NCBI GenBank assembly: GCA_963740095.1
Contig: CAVUDN010000042.1
Location: forward strand, 4,295 to 68,294
Direction: 5' to 3'
Source of the DNA: an uncultured Acidobacteriota bacterium
GTDB taxonomy: Bacteria; Acidobacteriota; Terriglobia; Acidiferrales; UBA7541
DNA: 64,000 bases
Shown: positions 48,435-60,859 of the stretch, in pieces
Position numbering within the stretch: position 1 is the stretch's first letter
Layout: each line of letters opens with the position of its first letter
Position numbers and translations under genes: made by a program
Notes under the pieces: generated by a model
Databases searched by the model: none
Seen by the model: the letters and a program-made list of their open reading frames with translations, nothing else
What the model was told of the DNA's origin: nothing

Positions 48435-48694
48435 AGGCGCTACGCGATTTTCCGATGTGGCTGTTCAACGACGTTCCTGAGCGGGATCCGAAGTATGCGC
48501 ATCGATCGCTTATGGTGATCCTTCCGATCGCGACGGTTGCAATCAGCTTTTTCGTTTGGTCGCTGGTTGCCCTCTCGATCTGGATCGCCTTGACTCTCGG
48601 GCTTATCGTGATAGGACTGGCGTTCCCCGTGATACTTGTTGCGGTGAATCGGATCTTGCCGAAGAAACTGCCAGCCGATAAGGAAATGTTGTGA
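48431..48694 (+). CDS. Small two-TM membrane protein (hypothetical, 87 aa)
   Basis: Its start ATG overlaps the aspS stop (ATGA), and its stop shares one base with the mutL ATG (TGATG). Two clear hydrophobic helices. Confidence 0.5.
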   Translation: MKALRDFPMWLFNDVPERDPKYAHRSLMVILPIATVAISFFVWSLVALSIWIALTLGLIVIGLAFPVILVAVNRILPKKLPADKEML

Positions 48695-50706
48695 TGTCGC
48701 GGATACGCATACTTGCGGAAAACGTCGCGAACAAGATTGCGGCGGGCGAGGTGGTCGAGCGGCCGGCATCGGTGGTGAAGGAGCTGCTCGAAAACGCGCT
48801 GGACGCGGGCGCGCGCTCGATCCGCATCGAAGTCGAATCGGGCGGCAAGCGGCTGATCCGCGTGGTTGACGACGGCAGCGGCATGAACCATGACGACGCG
48901 CTGCTGGCCTTCGAGCGCCACGCGACGTCGAAGCTGCGCACCGCGGACGATCTGCTCTCGATCGCGACGCTCGGCTTTCGCGGCGAGGCGCTGCCGTCGA
49001 TTGCATCAATTGCGCGCCTGGTGCTCGAAACGCGGCTGCCCGAGGACGAGCAGGGAACGCGCGTGGAATTCGCGGGCGGCAAGCTCATCGGAGTAAAACC
49101 GGCGGGCGTGCCGCCGGGAACGTCGATCGCGGTCCAAGATATTTTCTACTGCGTCCCCGCTCGGCGCAAATTCCTGAAATCGGAGACGACCGAGCTCGGC
49201 CACATCGCGTCGCTCGTCACGCACTATGCGCTCGCGCGTCCCGAGGTGCAATTCGTCCTGAAAACGCCGTCGCAGCTGATCCTCGATTGCGCGCCGGTGG
49301 AAAAGCTCGCGGACCGCGTCTACCAGATTTTTGGCCGCCAGGCGCTCGAAGAGTTGGTCGAGATTCCCGCGAGCGAGGCGCCGGTGCGCTCGGCAATCAC
49401 CGAGCCTGCGATCGGCGAAGACGAGCTGGCGGCGATGCTGCGCGTCAGCGGGTTCGCGTCGCGGCCGGAAGTGCAGCGCACAAATCGCAACGGCATCTAT
49501 ATTTTCGTGAATCGAAGGCTCGTTCGGGACCGTTTGCTGCTGCATGCGATCGGCGAGGCCTACCGCAACATTATCCCGCCGGGCGTGTTTCCTGTGGTGC
49601 TGCTCTTCCTCGATCTGCCGTACCAGGAAGTCGACGTGAACGTGCACCCGGCCAAGATCGAGGTGCGCTTCCGCCATCCGCAGTTCATTCACGATTTCAC
49701 GCGCGACGCGCTGCGCCAGGCGCTTTCGATCGCGCGGCCGATCCCGGAATTTCCCGCGCGCGCCGCCGCTGCTGGCGCTGGCATGCCGGGAGAGGCGAGC
49801 GGCGGGGCTGCTCCTGCGAATGGGCCGGGCAGTATGCGGGGCTACGCGCCGATGCCGGATGCGAATACGTTCCCCGGGCCGCCGCGAGCGGAGATTCCGG
49901 GAGCGCAAGGGGCGCCGCTGGGGTGGTCGTTTGGATCGGCCGCGACCGCCGCGGAGGAACTGGAGCTATCGGGCGGGCCCGATCGGCCGATGGCGCAACG
50001 GCTGGGATTCGAATCCGGCGCCGCCATGAATTTTCCAATGCCTGCTGGAGCCACGGGGGCAGATGCCGCAGCGGCCACGGCATCTACGAGCGAGGGACTG
50101 CCGGGAACGCTGCCGAGCGCCGAGGATATCGCCGATCTCAAGCCGCTGGGACAGGTGAGCTCGAGTTTCATCGTGGCGGTGAACAGCGAAGGGCTGTGGA
50201 TCGTCGATCAGCACGTAGCGCACGAGCGCGTCCTTTTCGAGCAGCATTTGCGCGCGCGGCGCGAGGGCGATCTCGGCGGGCAGCGGCTGCTGGTGCCGAT
50301 TGTGGTCGAGCTGAACCCGCGGCAGCTTGCAACGTTCGAGCAGATTGGGGACGAGCTTCGCGCCAACGGATTCGAAGCGGACTTGATGGGCGGCCGCAGC
50401 GTCGCGATTCAGGCCGCGCCCGCGGGGATCGCCAGCAGCGACGCGGAAAAGCTGCTCTACGAAATCCTGGACGGCATCGCGCGCGAAAATCAGGCGATTT
50501 CGATCGATTCGCTGCAATCGAAAATCGCTGCTTCGACGTCGTGTCACGCGGCGATCAAAGTGAATACGCCGCTCGACAAAACGAAAATGGAATGGCTGCT
50601 CGGAGAGCTCGCGAAAACCGAATACCCGATGAGCTGCCCGCACGGCCGGCCGGTCGTGCTGCGCTATTCGGTGCGCGATATCGAGCGGGCCTTTAAACGG
50701 ATTTGA
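48694..50706 (+). CDS. mutL: DNA mismatch repair endonuclease MutL
   Basis: IRILAENVANKIAAGEVVERPASVVKELLENALDAG. C-terminal DQHVAHERVLFE endonuclease-type motif. Confidence 0.95.
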   Translation: MSRIRILAENVANKIAAGEVVERPASVVKELLENALDAGARSIRIEVESGGKRLIRVVDDGSGMNHDDALLAFERHATSKLRTADDLLSIATLGFRGEALPSIASIARLVLETRLPEDEQGTRVEFAGGKLIGVKPAGVPPGTSIAVQDIFYCVPARRKFLKSETTELGHIASLVTHYALARPEVQFVLKTPSQLILDCAPVEKLADRVYQIFGRQALEELVEIPASEAPVRSAITEPAIGEDELAAMLRVSGFASRPEVQRTNRNGIYIFVNRRLVRDRLLLHAIGEAYRNIIPPGVFPVVLLFLDLPYQEVDVNVHPAKIEVRFRHPQFIHDFTRDALRQALSIARPIPEFPARAAAAGAGMPGEASGGAAPANGPGSMRGYAPMPDANTFPGPPRAEIPGAQGAPLGWSFGSAATAAEELELSGGPDRPMAQRLGFESGAAMNFPMPAGATGADAAAATASTSEGLPGTLPSAEDIADLKPLGQVSSSFIVAVNSEGLWIVDQHVAHERVLFEQHLRARREGDLGGQRLLVPIVVELNPRQLATFEQIGDELRANGFEADLMGGRSVAIQAAPAGIASSDAEKLLYEILDGIARENQAISIDSLQSKIAASTSCHAAIKVNTPLDKTKMEWLLGELAKTEYPMSCPHGRPVVLRYSVRDIERAFKRI

Positions 50707-50730
50707 CGCCGCCTGGATGTCTTTTCGACA

Positions 50731-51420
50731 TTGAGAGAACTCATCATCGCGATTGACGGGCCGGTGGGCTCGGGGAAGAGCACGCTCGCGCGCCGCGTGG
50801 CGGAGCTGATGGGCTACGTTTACATCGACACGGGCGCGATGTACCGGTCGATAGCGCTGAAAGCGCTGCGGCGCGGCGTCCCGCTCGGAGCCGCCGATCC
50901 GCTCACGGCGCTGGCGAGCGACACACGCATCGACTTGCACGCGCAGGACGGAGGCCAGCAAGTGTTCCTCGACGGCGAAGACGTAACGTCCGCGATCCGC
51001 ACGCCGGAAGTGGCGCAGGCGGCGTCGAAAGTAGCGGTGATCCCCGGCCTGCGCCGCGTGCTGGTGGCCGAGCAGCGGCGGGCCGGCGGGCAAGGCGGCG
51101 TGGTGATGGAAGGGCGCGACATCGGGAGCGTCGTTTTCCCGGACGCGGAGCTGAAGATTTTTCTGACGGCGTCGCCCGAAATACGGGCCGAGCGCCGGTG
51201 GCGCGAGCATCAGCAGAAGGGCGACGCGATCGACCTCGCGCATACGCTCGATGAAATCCGCGAGCGCGACCGCCGCGATCGCGAGCGCGAGGATTCGCCT
51301 CTCGTGCGCGCGAAAGACGCGATCGTGGTGGACAGCACCGCGATGGAACCTGAGGAAGTCGCGCGGCTCGTAGTGATGCTGGCGCGAGAGAACAAATCCG
51401 CAGCCTCTTCGACTCAATAG
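50731..51420 (+). CDS. cmk: (d)CMP kinase
   Basis: IAIDGPVGSGKSTLARRVA, YIDTGAMYR and GRDIGSVVFPDA. TTG start. Confidence 0.9.
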   Translation: MRELIIAIDGPVGSGKSTLARRVAELMGYVYIDTGAMYRSIALKALRRGVPLGAADPLTALASDTRIDLHAQDGGQQVFLDGEDVTSAIRTPEVAQAASKVAVIPGLRRVLVAEQRRAGGQGGVVMEGRDIGSVVFPDAELKIFLTASPEIRAERRWREHQQKGDAIDLAHTLDEIRERDRRDREREDSPLVRAKDAIVVDSTAMEPEEVARLVVMLARENKSAASSTQ

Positions 51421-51452
51421 GCTGTTTTCCACGCAGTTCCCCAGGAGGAAGC

Positions 51453-53291
51453 ATGAAGTCCTTATCCCTTATTGCCCTGATGCTTGCAGTATTTCTCTCC
51501 GGCCCTTCGGTTTTCGCGCAGGCTCCCGCCGCTGGAAATAATTCGTCTGACGCCGCCACACGCCAGTTGCGCGAATTCCTCGCGAAAGACTGGAAATACT
51601 GGATGCACCAGTATCCGGAATCCGCGACGGCCTTCGGGTATCCGGGCGAAAACGCGCGCTGGTCGGATTACTCTCCGGCGTCGATTGCTGCCCGCAACCG
51701 GCACCTCGAAGGTGCCCTGAAACAACTGAAAGCAATTCCTCGCGCCGAACTCCCCGCGAGCGAGCAGCTGAATTACGATCTGTACGAAGAGCTGCTGCAA
51801 ACAGCGGTCGATGGCCTCCGCTTTCACGACGACCCGTTCCCGATTCCGTCCGTCTTTCCCGGCAATCTATACGTTCCGATCACTCAGGTAGAGGGGCCGC
51901 TTCAGGACATTCCGAATACGATCGATATGATGCCCGCCACGCGCCCGAGCGACTACGAAGACATCCTCGCGCGGCTCAACGGCATTCCCACGGTGATCGA
52001 TCAAACGATCGACATGATGAAAGAAGGTATGGCGCATGGATGGACGCCGCCGAAGATCACGATGCGCGACGTCCCGAAGCAGGCCGAAAGCCAGATCGTG
52101 TCCGATCCGCTGGCAAGCCCGTTGCTGAGCGCGTTCAAGAACTATCCGGCGACGTTCACCGCCGAGCAGAAGGCCGATTTCACGCGCCGTGCCGAGGCCG
52201 CATACAGGGACAAAATCGCGCCGTCATTCCGGAAGCTCGGCGATTTTCTCACCAAGACGTACATTCCCGCCTGTCGCGATACGGTTTCGATCAGCGACAT
52301 TCCCGACGGCGCGGCCTATTACAAGTATCTCGTCCGCTGGCACACGACCACGAACATGACGCCCGAGCAGATTCATCAGATCGGCCTCGATTTGGTGAAG
52401 CAGACACGCGCGCAGATGGACGAGCTGATCAAGCAGACCGGATTCAAAGGCAGCTTCGCCGATTTCGTCAAATTCGTGAACACCGACCCGCGCTTCAAAT
52501 TTTCGAGCAAGGACGACATGCTGATGCACTACCGCGCCACGGCCAAGCGCGCCGATCCGGAGCTCGAGCATCTTTTCGGCAAGCTGCCGCGGCTGCCTTA
52601 CGGCGTGCGCGCCGTGCCGGACGCCGTTGCTCCCTCGCAGACCGAGGCATATTACGAGCAGGGAGCGCCGGATGCCGCGCGGCCCGGCTATCTCTACGTG
52701 GATACGTACGACCTGCCGTCGCGCCCCACGTGGGACGTGGAAGATCTCGTGCTGCACGAGGGCGTTCCCGGGCATCACCTGCAGATTTCACTCGCGCAGG
52801 AAATGCAAGGCGTTCCGGAATTCCGCAAGCAGATCGGCTACACCGCGTTTATCGAAGGCTGGGCGCTCTATTCGGAAACGCTCGGGCCTGAGCTGGGTTT
52901 CTACACCGACCCGTACCAGAAGTTCGGATTCCTGAGCGCGGTGATGTGGCGCGCGGTGCGGCTGGTGGTTGATACCGGCATTCACTCGATGGGCTGGAGC
53001 CGCGATCAGGCGATTCAGTATTTCGAAGAGACGACCGGGCAGCCGCACCTGAATTCGGTGGTCGAGATCGACCGCTACATCGTCTGGCCGGGGCAGGCGC
53101 TCGGCTACATGATCGGCCGGCTGGAAATCCAGAAGCTGCGGCAGCGGGCCGAGCAGGATCTCGGCGAACGGTTCGACATTCGCGCCTTCCACGATGCGAT
53201 CGTCGATCAGGGCGCCATGCCGATGGACATGCTCGAATCGCGCACGAATGCGTGGATCGCGGAGCAGAAAGCGAAGCATCCGGCGCACTGA
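51453..53291 (+). CDS. Secreted DUF885-family protein
   Basis: Signal peptide and the HEGVPGHHLQ motif, with a layout typical of DUF885. Confidence 0.8.
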   Translation: MKSLSLIALMLAVFLSGPSVFAQAPAAGNNSSDAATRQLREFLAKDWKYWMHQYPESATAFGYPGENARWSDYSPASIAARNRHLEGALKQLKAIPRAELPASEQLNYDLYEELLQTAVDGLRFHDDPFPIPSVFPGNLYVPITQVEGPLQDIPNTIDMMPATRPSDYEDILARLNGIPTVIDQTIDMMKEGMAHGWTPPKITMRDVPKQAESQIVSDPLASPLLSAFKNYPATFTAEQKADFTRRAEAAYRDKIAPSFRKLGDFLTKTYIPACRDTVSISDIPDGAAYYKYLVRWHTTTNMTPEQIHQIGLDLVKQTRAQMDELIKQTGFKGSFADFVKFVNTDPRFKFSSKDDMLMHYRATAKRADPELEHLFGKLPRLPYGVRAVPDAVAPSQTEAYYEQGAPDAARPGYLYVDTYDLPSRPTWDVEDLVLHEGVPGHHLQISLAQEMQGVPEFRKQIGYTAFIEGWALYSETLGPELGFYTDPYQKFGFLSAVMWRAVRLVVDTGIHSMGWSRDQAIQYFEETTGQPHLNSVVEIDRYIVWPGQALGYMIGRLEIQKLRQRAEQDLGERFDIRAFHDAIVDQGAMPMDMLESRTNAWIAEQKAKHPAH

Positions 53292-53359
53292 GCCATGCGG
53301 ACGAAGACGCCGGGGCAGGGAAGCTGGACGAATCCGGGCGGCGGGCGACGACGCGGAGG

Positions 53360-54620
53360 CTACGCGGGGCTGGACATCGACGCGAGGAATTCTCCGTTCG
53401 TCTTGGTCTTCGAGAGGCGGCCCAGCAGAAGCTCCATCGCTTCGACGGTCGATAGCGGGCTCAGCACCTTGCGCAGCACCCAGATGCGATTCAGCTCGTC
53501 GGCGGGCAGGAGCAGTTCGTCCTTGCGCGTTCCGGAGCGGTTGATATCGATCGTCGGGAAGACGCGCTTATCGACGAGGCGCCGGTCGAGGTTGATTTCC
53601 ATGTTGCCGGTGCCCTTGAACTCCTCGAAGATCACGTCGTCCATGCGGCTGCCCGTATCGATCAGCGCGGTGGCCATGATCGTGAGCGACCCGCCCTCTT
53701 CCACATTTCGCGCGGCGGCGAAAAAGCGGCGCGGGCGCTGCAAAGCGTTGGCGTCGATACCGCCGGAGAGCACCTTGCCCGAAGGCGGCGTGACGGCGTT
53801 GTAGGCGCGGCCGAGACGCGTGAGCGAGTCGAGCAGGATCACCACGTCGCGCTTGTGCTCCACCAGGCGCTTGGCCTTTTCGAGCACCATTTCGGCCACC
53901 TGAATGTGGCGCTGCGGCGGCTCATCGAAGGTCGAGCTGATCACTTCGCCCTTCACGGTGCGCTGCATGTCGGTGACTTCTTCCGGCCGCTCGTCGATCA
54001 GCAGCACGATCAGCGCGATTTCGGGATGATTCGTCGGTGATCGAATTGGCGATGGACTGCAGCATCATGGTCTTGCCGGTGCGCGGCGGCGCGACGATCA
54101 ATCCGCGCTGTCCCTTGCCGACCGGGCAGAGCATGTCGAGCACGCGTCCCGTGAGATTTTCCTTGGTGGTCTCGAGGCGAATGCGCTCCTGCGGATAGAG
54201 CGGCGTCAGGTTGTCGAAGAAGATCTTGTTGCGCGCGACTTCGGGGTCCTCGAAATTGACGGCTTCGACTTTGATCAGCGCGAAGTAGCGCTCGCCGTCT
54301 TTCGGCGGGCGAACTTGCCCCGAGACGGTGTCGCCGGTGCGCAAGTCGAATTTCCGGATCTGCGACGGCGAGACGTAGATGTCGTCCGGGCCCGGAAGAT
54401 AGTTGTACTCGGGCGCGCGGAGGAATCCGAAGCCGTCCGGCAGGCATTCGAGAACGCCCTCGGAGAAAATGAGGCCGTTCTTTTCCGTCTGGGCGCGAAG
54501 AATCTGGAAAATCAGCTCCTGCTTGCGCATGCCGGAGGAGCCGGGGATGTTGAGCTCCTTGGCAATCTTGGCCAGATCGGTGATGTTCTTGTCTTTCAGT
54601 TCTGCGAGGCTAACACTCAT
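53360..54620 (-). pseudogene. rho: Transcription termination factor Rho, with the reading frame broken by one extra nucleotide near 54031-54036
   Basis: The N-terminal part (54620 down to about 54036) reads ...[18 protein letters not shown]. The C-terminal part (about 54034 down to 53360) reads [25 protein letters not shown]... in the +1 frame. The total span is 1261 nt, which is 3x420+1. Confidence 0.85.
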
Positions 54621-54825
54621 CAGTTCTTTCCTTCTTCAAGCCTGTTTTTCAGGCGCGATTGTGATTGTTTGCGATCGATCCGGGGCGGGCGCGTTCGATT
54701 GAGGCACTCAATCCCAGATTTCAAATACGGGCTAAGTTACAGAAAGTTTTCAGACTTCGGTCGCGGGCCGAATCTGCCGACCGGACGCCTAGGGCCGAGC
54801 GAGACTTTGGGGTGACCGAAGCGGT

Positions 54826-57234
<2,409 letters not shown>

Positions 57235-57358
57235 TGGTTCCTGTGTCAGACCCTAATCTCCCTGGCTACACCGGCCCGGACAACATTCCCAACCTAAAAT
57301 TTCGCTCGGAATGACGAACTCTTGAGCGTCCTGCGCGAGCCCTGAAGAACCGGAACGA

Positions 57359-58609
57359 TCATCCTGCCTTTTCGAGCAGGCTCCAGTTGATTTCGCGGCC
57401 CTTGACCATATCCGCCGTAACCACAAAATCGCGAAGTTTACGCTGCGCCGGCAGGTGATACATCATTTCGAGCATCAGGTCTTCGAGAATCATGCGTAGC
57501 CCGCGCGCCCCGACTTTGCGCTGCAGGGCCAGATCGGCGACCGTCTCGAGAGCGTCGTCCGTGAAACGGAGCCGGACGTTCTCGAACTCGAATAGTCTCT
57601 GATATTGACGCACAAGAGCGTTCTTCGGTTCCGTCAAGATGCGCACCAGCGCGCTCTTATCGAGATCGCTCAGCACTCCCATCACCGGCAACCGCCCGAC
57701 GAACTCCGGAATTAGGCCATAGCGGATCAAATCCGTGGGCTGCGCCTGCTCGAGTACCTCGATATTCCGGCGGGTCGCCGTGCTCGGCTGCGCATCCGCA
57801 TGGAATCCGAGCGACTTCTGGCCCACGCGGCGTTCGATCGTTTTCTCCAGCCCCACGAAAGCCCCGCCGCAAATGAACAGGATGTTCGTCGTATCGACCG
57901 GCGTGAACTCCTGATGCGGGTGCTTCCGCCCGCCCTGCGGCGGAACGTTGGCGACCGTGCCTTCGAGAATCTTCAGCAGCGCCTGCTGCACGCCCTCGCC
58001 CGAAACGTCGCGGGTAATCGAGGGGTTCTCGTCCTTCTTCGAAATCTTGTCGATCTCGTCTATATATATGATGCCTTGCTGAGCCTTTTGGACGTCGCCA
58101 TCCGCGGCCTGCAAAAGCTTCAAGATAATGTTTTCGACGTCCTCGCCGACGTAGCCCGCTTCCGTCAGCGTGGTGGCATCGACGATGGCGAACGGCACAT
58201 CCAGCATCCGCGAGAGCGTCTGCGCCAGCAGCGTCTTGCCTGTGCCGGTCGGCCCGATCAGCAGAATATTTGACTTCGTCAGCTCCACGTCGCCCGGCTG
58301 CCGGTTCAGGAAAATCCGCTTGTAGTGGTTGTACACCGCCACGGCCAGCTTCTTCTTCGTTTTGTCCTGGCCGATCACATAGCCGTCGAGAAACGCCTTG
58401 ATCTCCGGCGGGCGCGGCAGGCGGCGATTCGCGGGGCTCGTCTGTTCGCGCTTCTCGTCTTCGAGAATCTGCTGGCAGACGCCCACGCACTCGTTGCAAA
58501 TGTACGAGCGGGGATACTCGGATGGAGAGCTGATGAGCTTCTCCACCTGCTCCTGCGTTTTATGGCAGAAGGAACAACGCAACGGCTCTTCTGGGGTGAA
58601 CCGCTTCAC
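57359..58609 (-). CDS. clpX: ATP-dependent Clp protease ATP-binding subunit ClpX
   Basis: Zinc finger CSFCHK...CNEC, Walker A GPTGTGKT, and [10 protein letters not shown]. Confidence 0.95.
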   Translation of the reverse strand: MKRFTPEEPLRCSFCHKTQEQVEKLISSPSEYPRSYICNECVGVCQQILEDEKREQTSPANRRLPRPPEIKAFLDGYVIGQDKTKKKLAVAVYNHYKRIFLNRQPGDVELTKSNILLIGPTGTGKTLLAQTLSRMLDVPFAIVDATTLTEAGYVGEDVENIILKLLQAADGDVQKAQQGIIYIDEIDKISKKDENPSITRDVSGEGVQQALLKILEGTVANVPPQGGRKHPHQEFTPVDTTNILFICGGAFVGLEKTIERRVGQKSLGFHADAQPSTATRRNIEVLEQAQPTDLIRYGLIPEFVGRLPVMGVLSDLDKSALVRILTEPKNALVRQYQRLFEFENVRLRFTDDALETVADLALQRKVGARGLRMILEDLMLEMMYHLPAQRKLRDFVVTADMVKGREINWSLLEKAG

Positions 58610-58739
58610 TGGTGGCGCCCCCTAATTTCCGAACCCCGTCCCACGACGCATCGTGAATCCATTGTAAGACGGAAGCCGCTCGCCGTGCTGAAATTCATCG
58701 CCCTCGAGATGCTTAAGATACTAACCTTTTGGAACCCGC

Positions 58740-59360
58740 CTAGCGATGCTTGGTGATGATTTCATCGACGATGCCGTACGCCTTCGCCTGTTCCGGCGTC
58801 ATGATGAAATCGCGCTCCACGTCTTTCTCGATTTTTTCCTCGGGCTGCCCCGTGTGGAACGCCAGCAACTTATTCAGCGCAGCGCGCGTGCGAATAATTT
58901 CTTTCGCGTGAATGTCGATGTCGGTCGCCTGGCCCGAAAGGCCCGACATCCACGGCTGGTGGATCAGCACGCGCGAATTCGGCAGCGCGTAGCGCTTTTT
59001 CGGCGTGCCCGCTGCAAGCAAGACCGCCGCAATCGACGCCGATTGGCCGATGCAATACGTGACAACGTCCGGACGAACGAACTGCATCGTGTCGTAAATC
59101 GCCATCCCCGCCGAAATCGACCCGCCCGGCGAGTTGATATACACCGAGATATCTTTTTCCGGATCTTCGGACTCGAGGAACAGCAGCTGGGCGGTCACGA
59201 GGTTCGCCACGTGATCGTCGATCGGCGTTCCGATGAAGATGATGTGGTCCTTCAGCAGCCGCGAATAGATATCGTAGGCGCGTTCCCCCCGATTGGTCTG
59301 CTCGACCACCATGGGAACGAGCGTTGTGGCATGCGGACTCGCGTCGTCTGTTTGTCTCAT
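58740..59360 (-). CDS. clpP: ATP-dependent Clp protease proteolytic subunit
   Basis: [27 protein letters not shown] (catalytic Ser) and IHQP. Confidence 0.95.
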   Translation of the reverse strand: MRQTDDASPHATTLVPMVVEQTNRGERAYDIYSRLLKDHIIFIGTPIDDHVANLVTAQLLFLESEDPEKDISVYINSPGGSISAGMAIYDTMQFVRPDVVTYCIGQSASIAAVLLAAGTPKKRYALPNSRVLIHQPWMSGLSGQATDIDIHAKEIIRTRAALNKLLAFHTGQPEEKIEKDVERDFIMTPEQAKAYGIVDEIITKHR

Positions 59361-59398
59361 CTGGAGTTGTTTAGCGCGCTGAGGAAACCCAAATCGAG

Positions 59399-60700
59399 TT
59401 ACGTTTCACTTTTGGCCGTCTTTTCGATTCGGGCCGTGCGGTAGAGCCAGTCGATCGTTTTCTCGCTTCGCAACTTCGATTTGATCCTATCGAGCGCTCC
59501 TTGCTTTGTCAAGCGAGCGCGCAAAGCGGTTGCCGACTCGCCACTCTGTTCCGACAGCTTCGCTATCTCTTTCTCGACGTCTTCGTCGGTTGCATCTATG
59601 TTTTCCGCGGTCGCGACGCGGTCGAGCAGAAGCTCGGCCTTCACATCGTTCACCGCATTGTCCCGCTGGCGCCGCCGCAGCGACACCCAATCCACATTCA
59701 CCGCGCGCGGATCGACGCCCTGCGCCGCAAGCGACCGCGCCATGCGCTCGAGCCGCGTGTCCATCTGGCCCTCGATCAACGCCTCGGGAACCGGAAAATC
59801 GTGCTGCTTCACGAGCTCGGCGAGGATCTTCTCGCGGGCTTGCGAGTTTTGCTGCTGTTCCTTCGCCGCATCGAGATTCTCGCGGATCTTCTTGCGAAGC
59901 TCTTCGAGCGTCGCGACGCCGCCCGCTTCGGGGCCCTCGGCGCCTGCGGCATCCTTCACAAACTCGTCATTCAGCTCGGGCAGCTTCTTTTCCTTGATGC
60001 CCTGGACTTCGACCGAATAGTTGTACGTCTTCCCGGCCAGCTTCTCGTCGGGATAGTCATCCGGATAGCGCGCTTCGAACTGGCGCGTTTCGCCGGCATT
60101 CGCGCCGCGCAGGTTTTCGTTGAAGCTGGCGAGCGTTTCCTCCGCGCCGATGTTGACGAGAATGTTGTCCGCCTGCACCGGATCGCCGCCGCCGGCCGGC
60201 ACCCCGCTCAATTTAATAAGAACGTAATCGCCATCCTGCGCCGGGCGTCCCTCGACCGGAACGAACGTCGCGGCGCGCTCGCGCATCTCTTCGAGCGTCT
60301 TATCCACCTGCGCGTCACCGACCTCGATCTCGTCTACCTGGACCGTAAGATTTTTGTAATCGCCCAGCTCGAATTCGGGCAGCACTTCGAAGATCGCGCG
60401 AAAGCGTAGCGGCTCGCCTTCCTTGAATTCGACCTTATCGACTTCCGGGCGCGTGACCGGAACGAGCTTCTTTTCGTCGAGCGCCTTCTCGAGATATTCG
60501 GGCACCAGCGACTGCACGACTTCGCCCTGGATGTCGTCGGCGAACCGGCGCCGCACTAGCGTCACCGGCGCTTTGCCGGGACGGAATCCCGGAATGCGGG
60601 CGATCCGCGCGATATCGCGCGCCACTTTCTCGGTTGCCTTTTGGACGTTCTCGGCCGGAATTTCCAGCTCGATTTCGCGCTTGCAGGTTGCTTCAGTCAT
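59399..60700 (-). CDS. tig: Trigger factor
   Basis: [10 protein letters not shown] motif. 433 aa. It lies upstream of clpP-clpX-lon. Confidence 0.95.
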   Translation of the reverse strand: MTEATCKREIELEIPAENVQKATEKVARDIARIARIPGFRPGKAPVTLVRRRFADDIQGEVVQSLVPEYLEKALDEKKLVPVTRPEVDKVEFKEGEPLRFRAIFEVLPEFELGDYKNLTVQVDEIEVGDAQVDKTLEEMRERAATFVPVEGRPAQDGDYVLIKLSGVPAGGGDPVQADNILVNIGAEETLASFNENLRGANAGETRQFEARYPDDYPDEKLAGKTYNYSVEVQGIKEKKLPELNDEFVKDAAGAEGPEAGGVATLEELRKKIRENLDAAKEQQQNSQAREKILAELVKQHDFPVPEALIEGQMDTRLERMARSLAAQGVDPRAVNVDWVSLRRRQRDNAVNDVKAELLLDRVATAENIDATDEDVEKEIAKLSEQSGESATALRARLTKQGALDRIKSKLRSEKTIDWLYRTARIEKTAKSET

Positions 60701-60844
60701 GAACGAGTTTTCTTTCTATGGCAAAGCCTAGAACCTCGGCTCCAGTCCTCTCGTTGATCGGATTCCGGAAGGAGGAGTGCAAGGAAGAACGGCGCACCCA
60801 CGCCGCAGAAATTCGAGTATAGGGAATCGCCTCGCGCGCGTCAA

Positions 60845-60859
60845 CTCGCGCCCACGGAT
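60845..60859. repeat. Left copy of the target-site duplication, CTCGCGCCCACGGAT
   Basis: Identical 15-mer at 62273-62287, directly abutting the IS inverted repeats. Confidence 0.8.

Noticed and set aside
49966-51432. 488-aa minus-strand ORF, together with 49287-50696 + and 49006-49908 -
   Set aside because: These overlap mutL and cmk, which carry diagnostic motifs. Extremely Arg-rich translations indicate non-coding frames.
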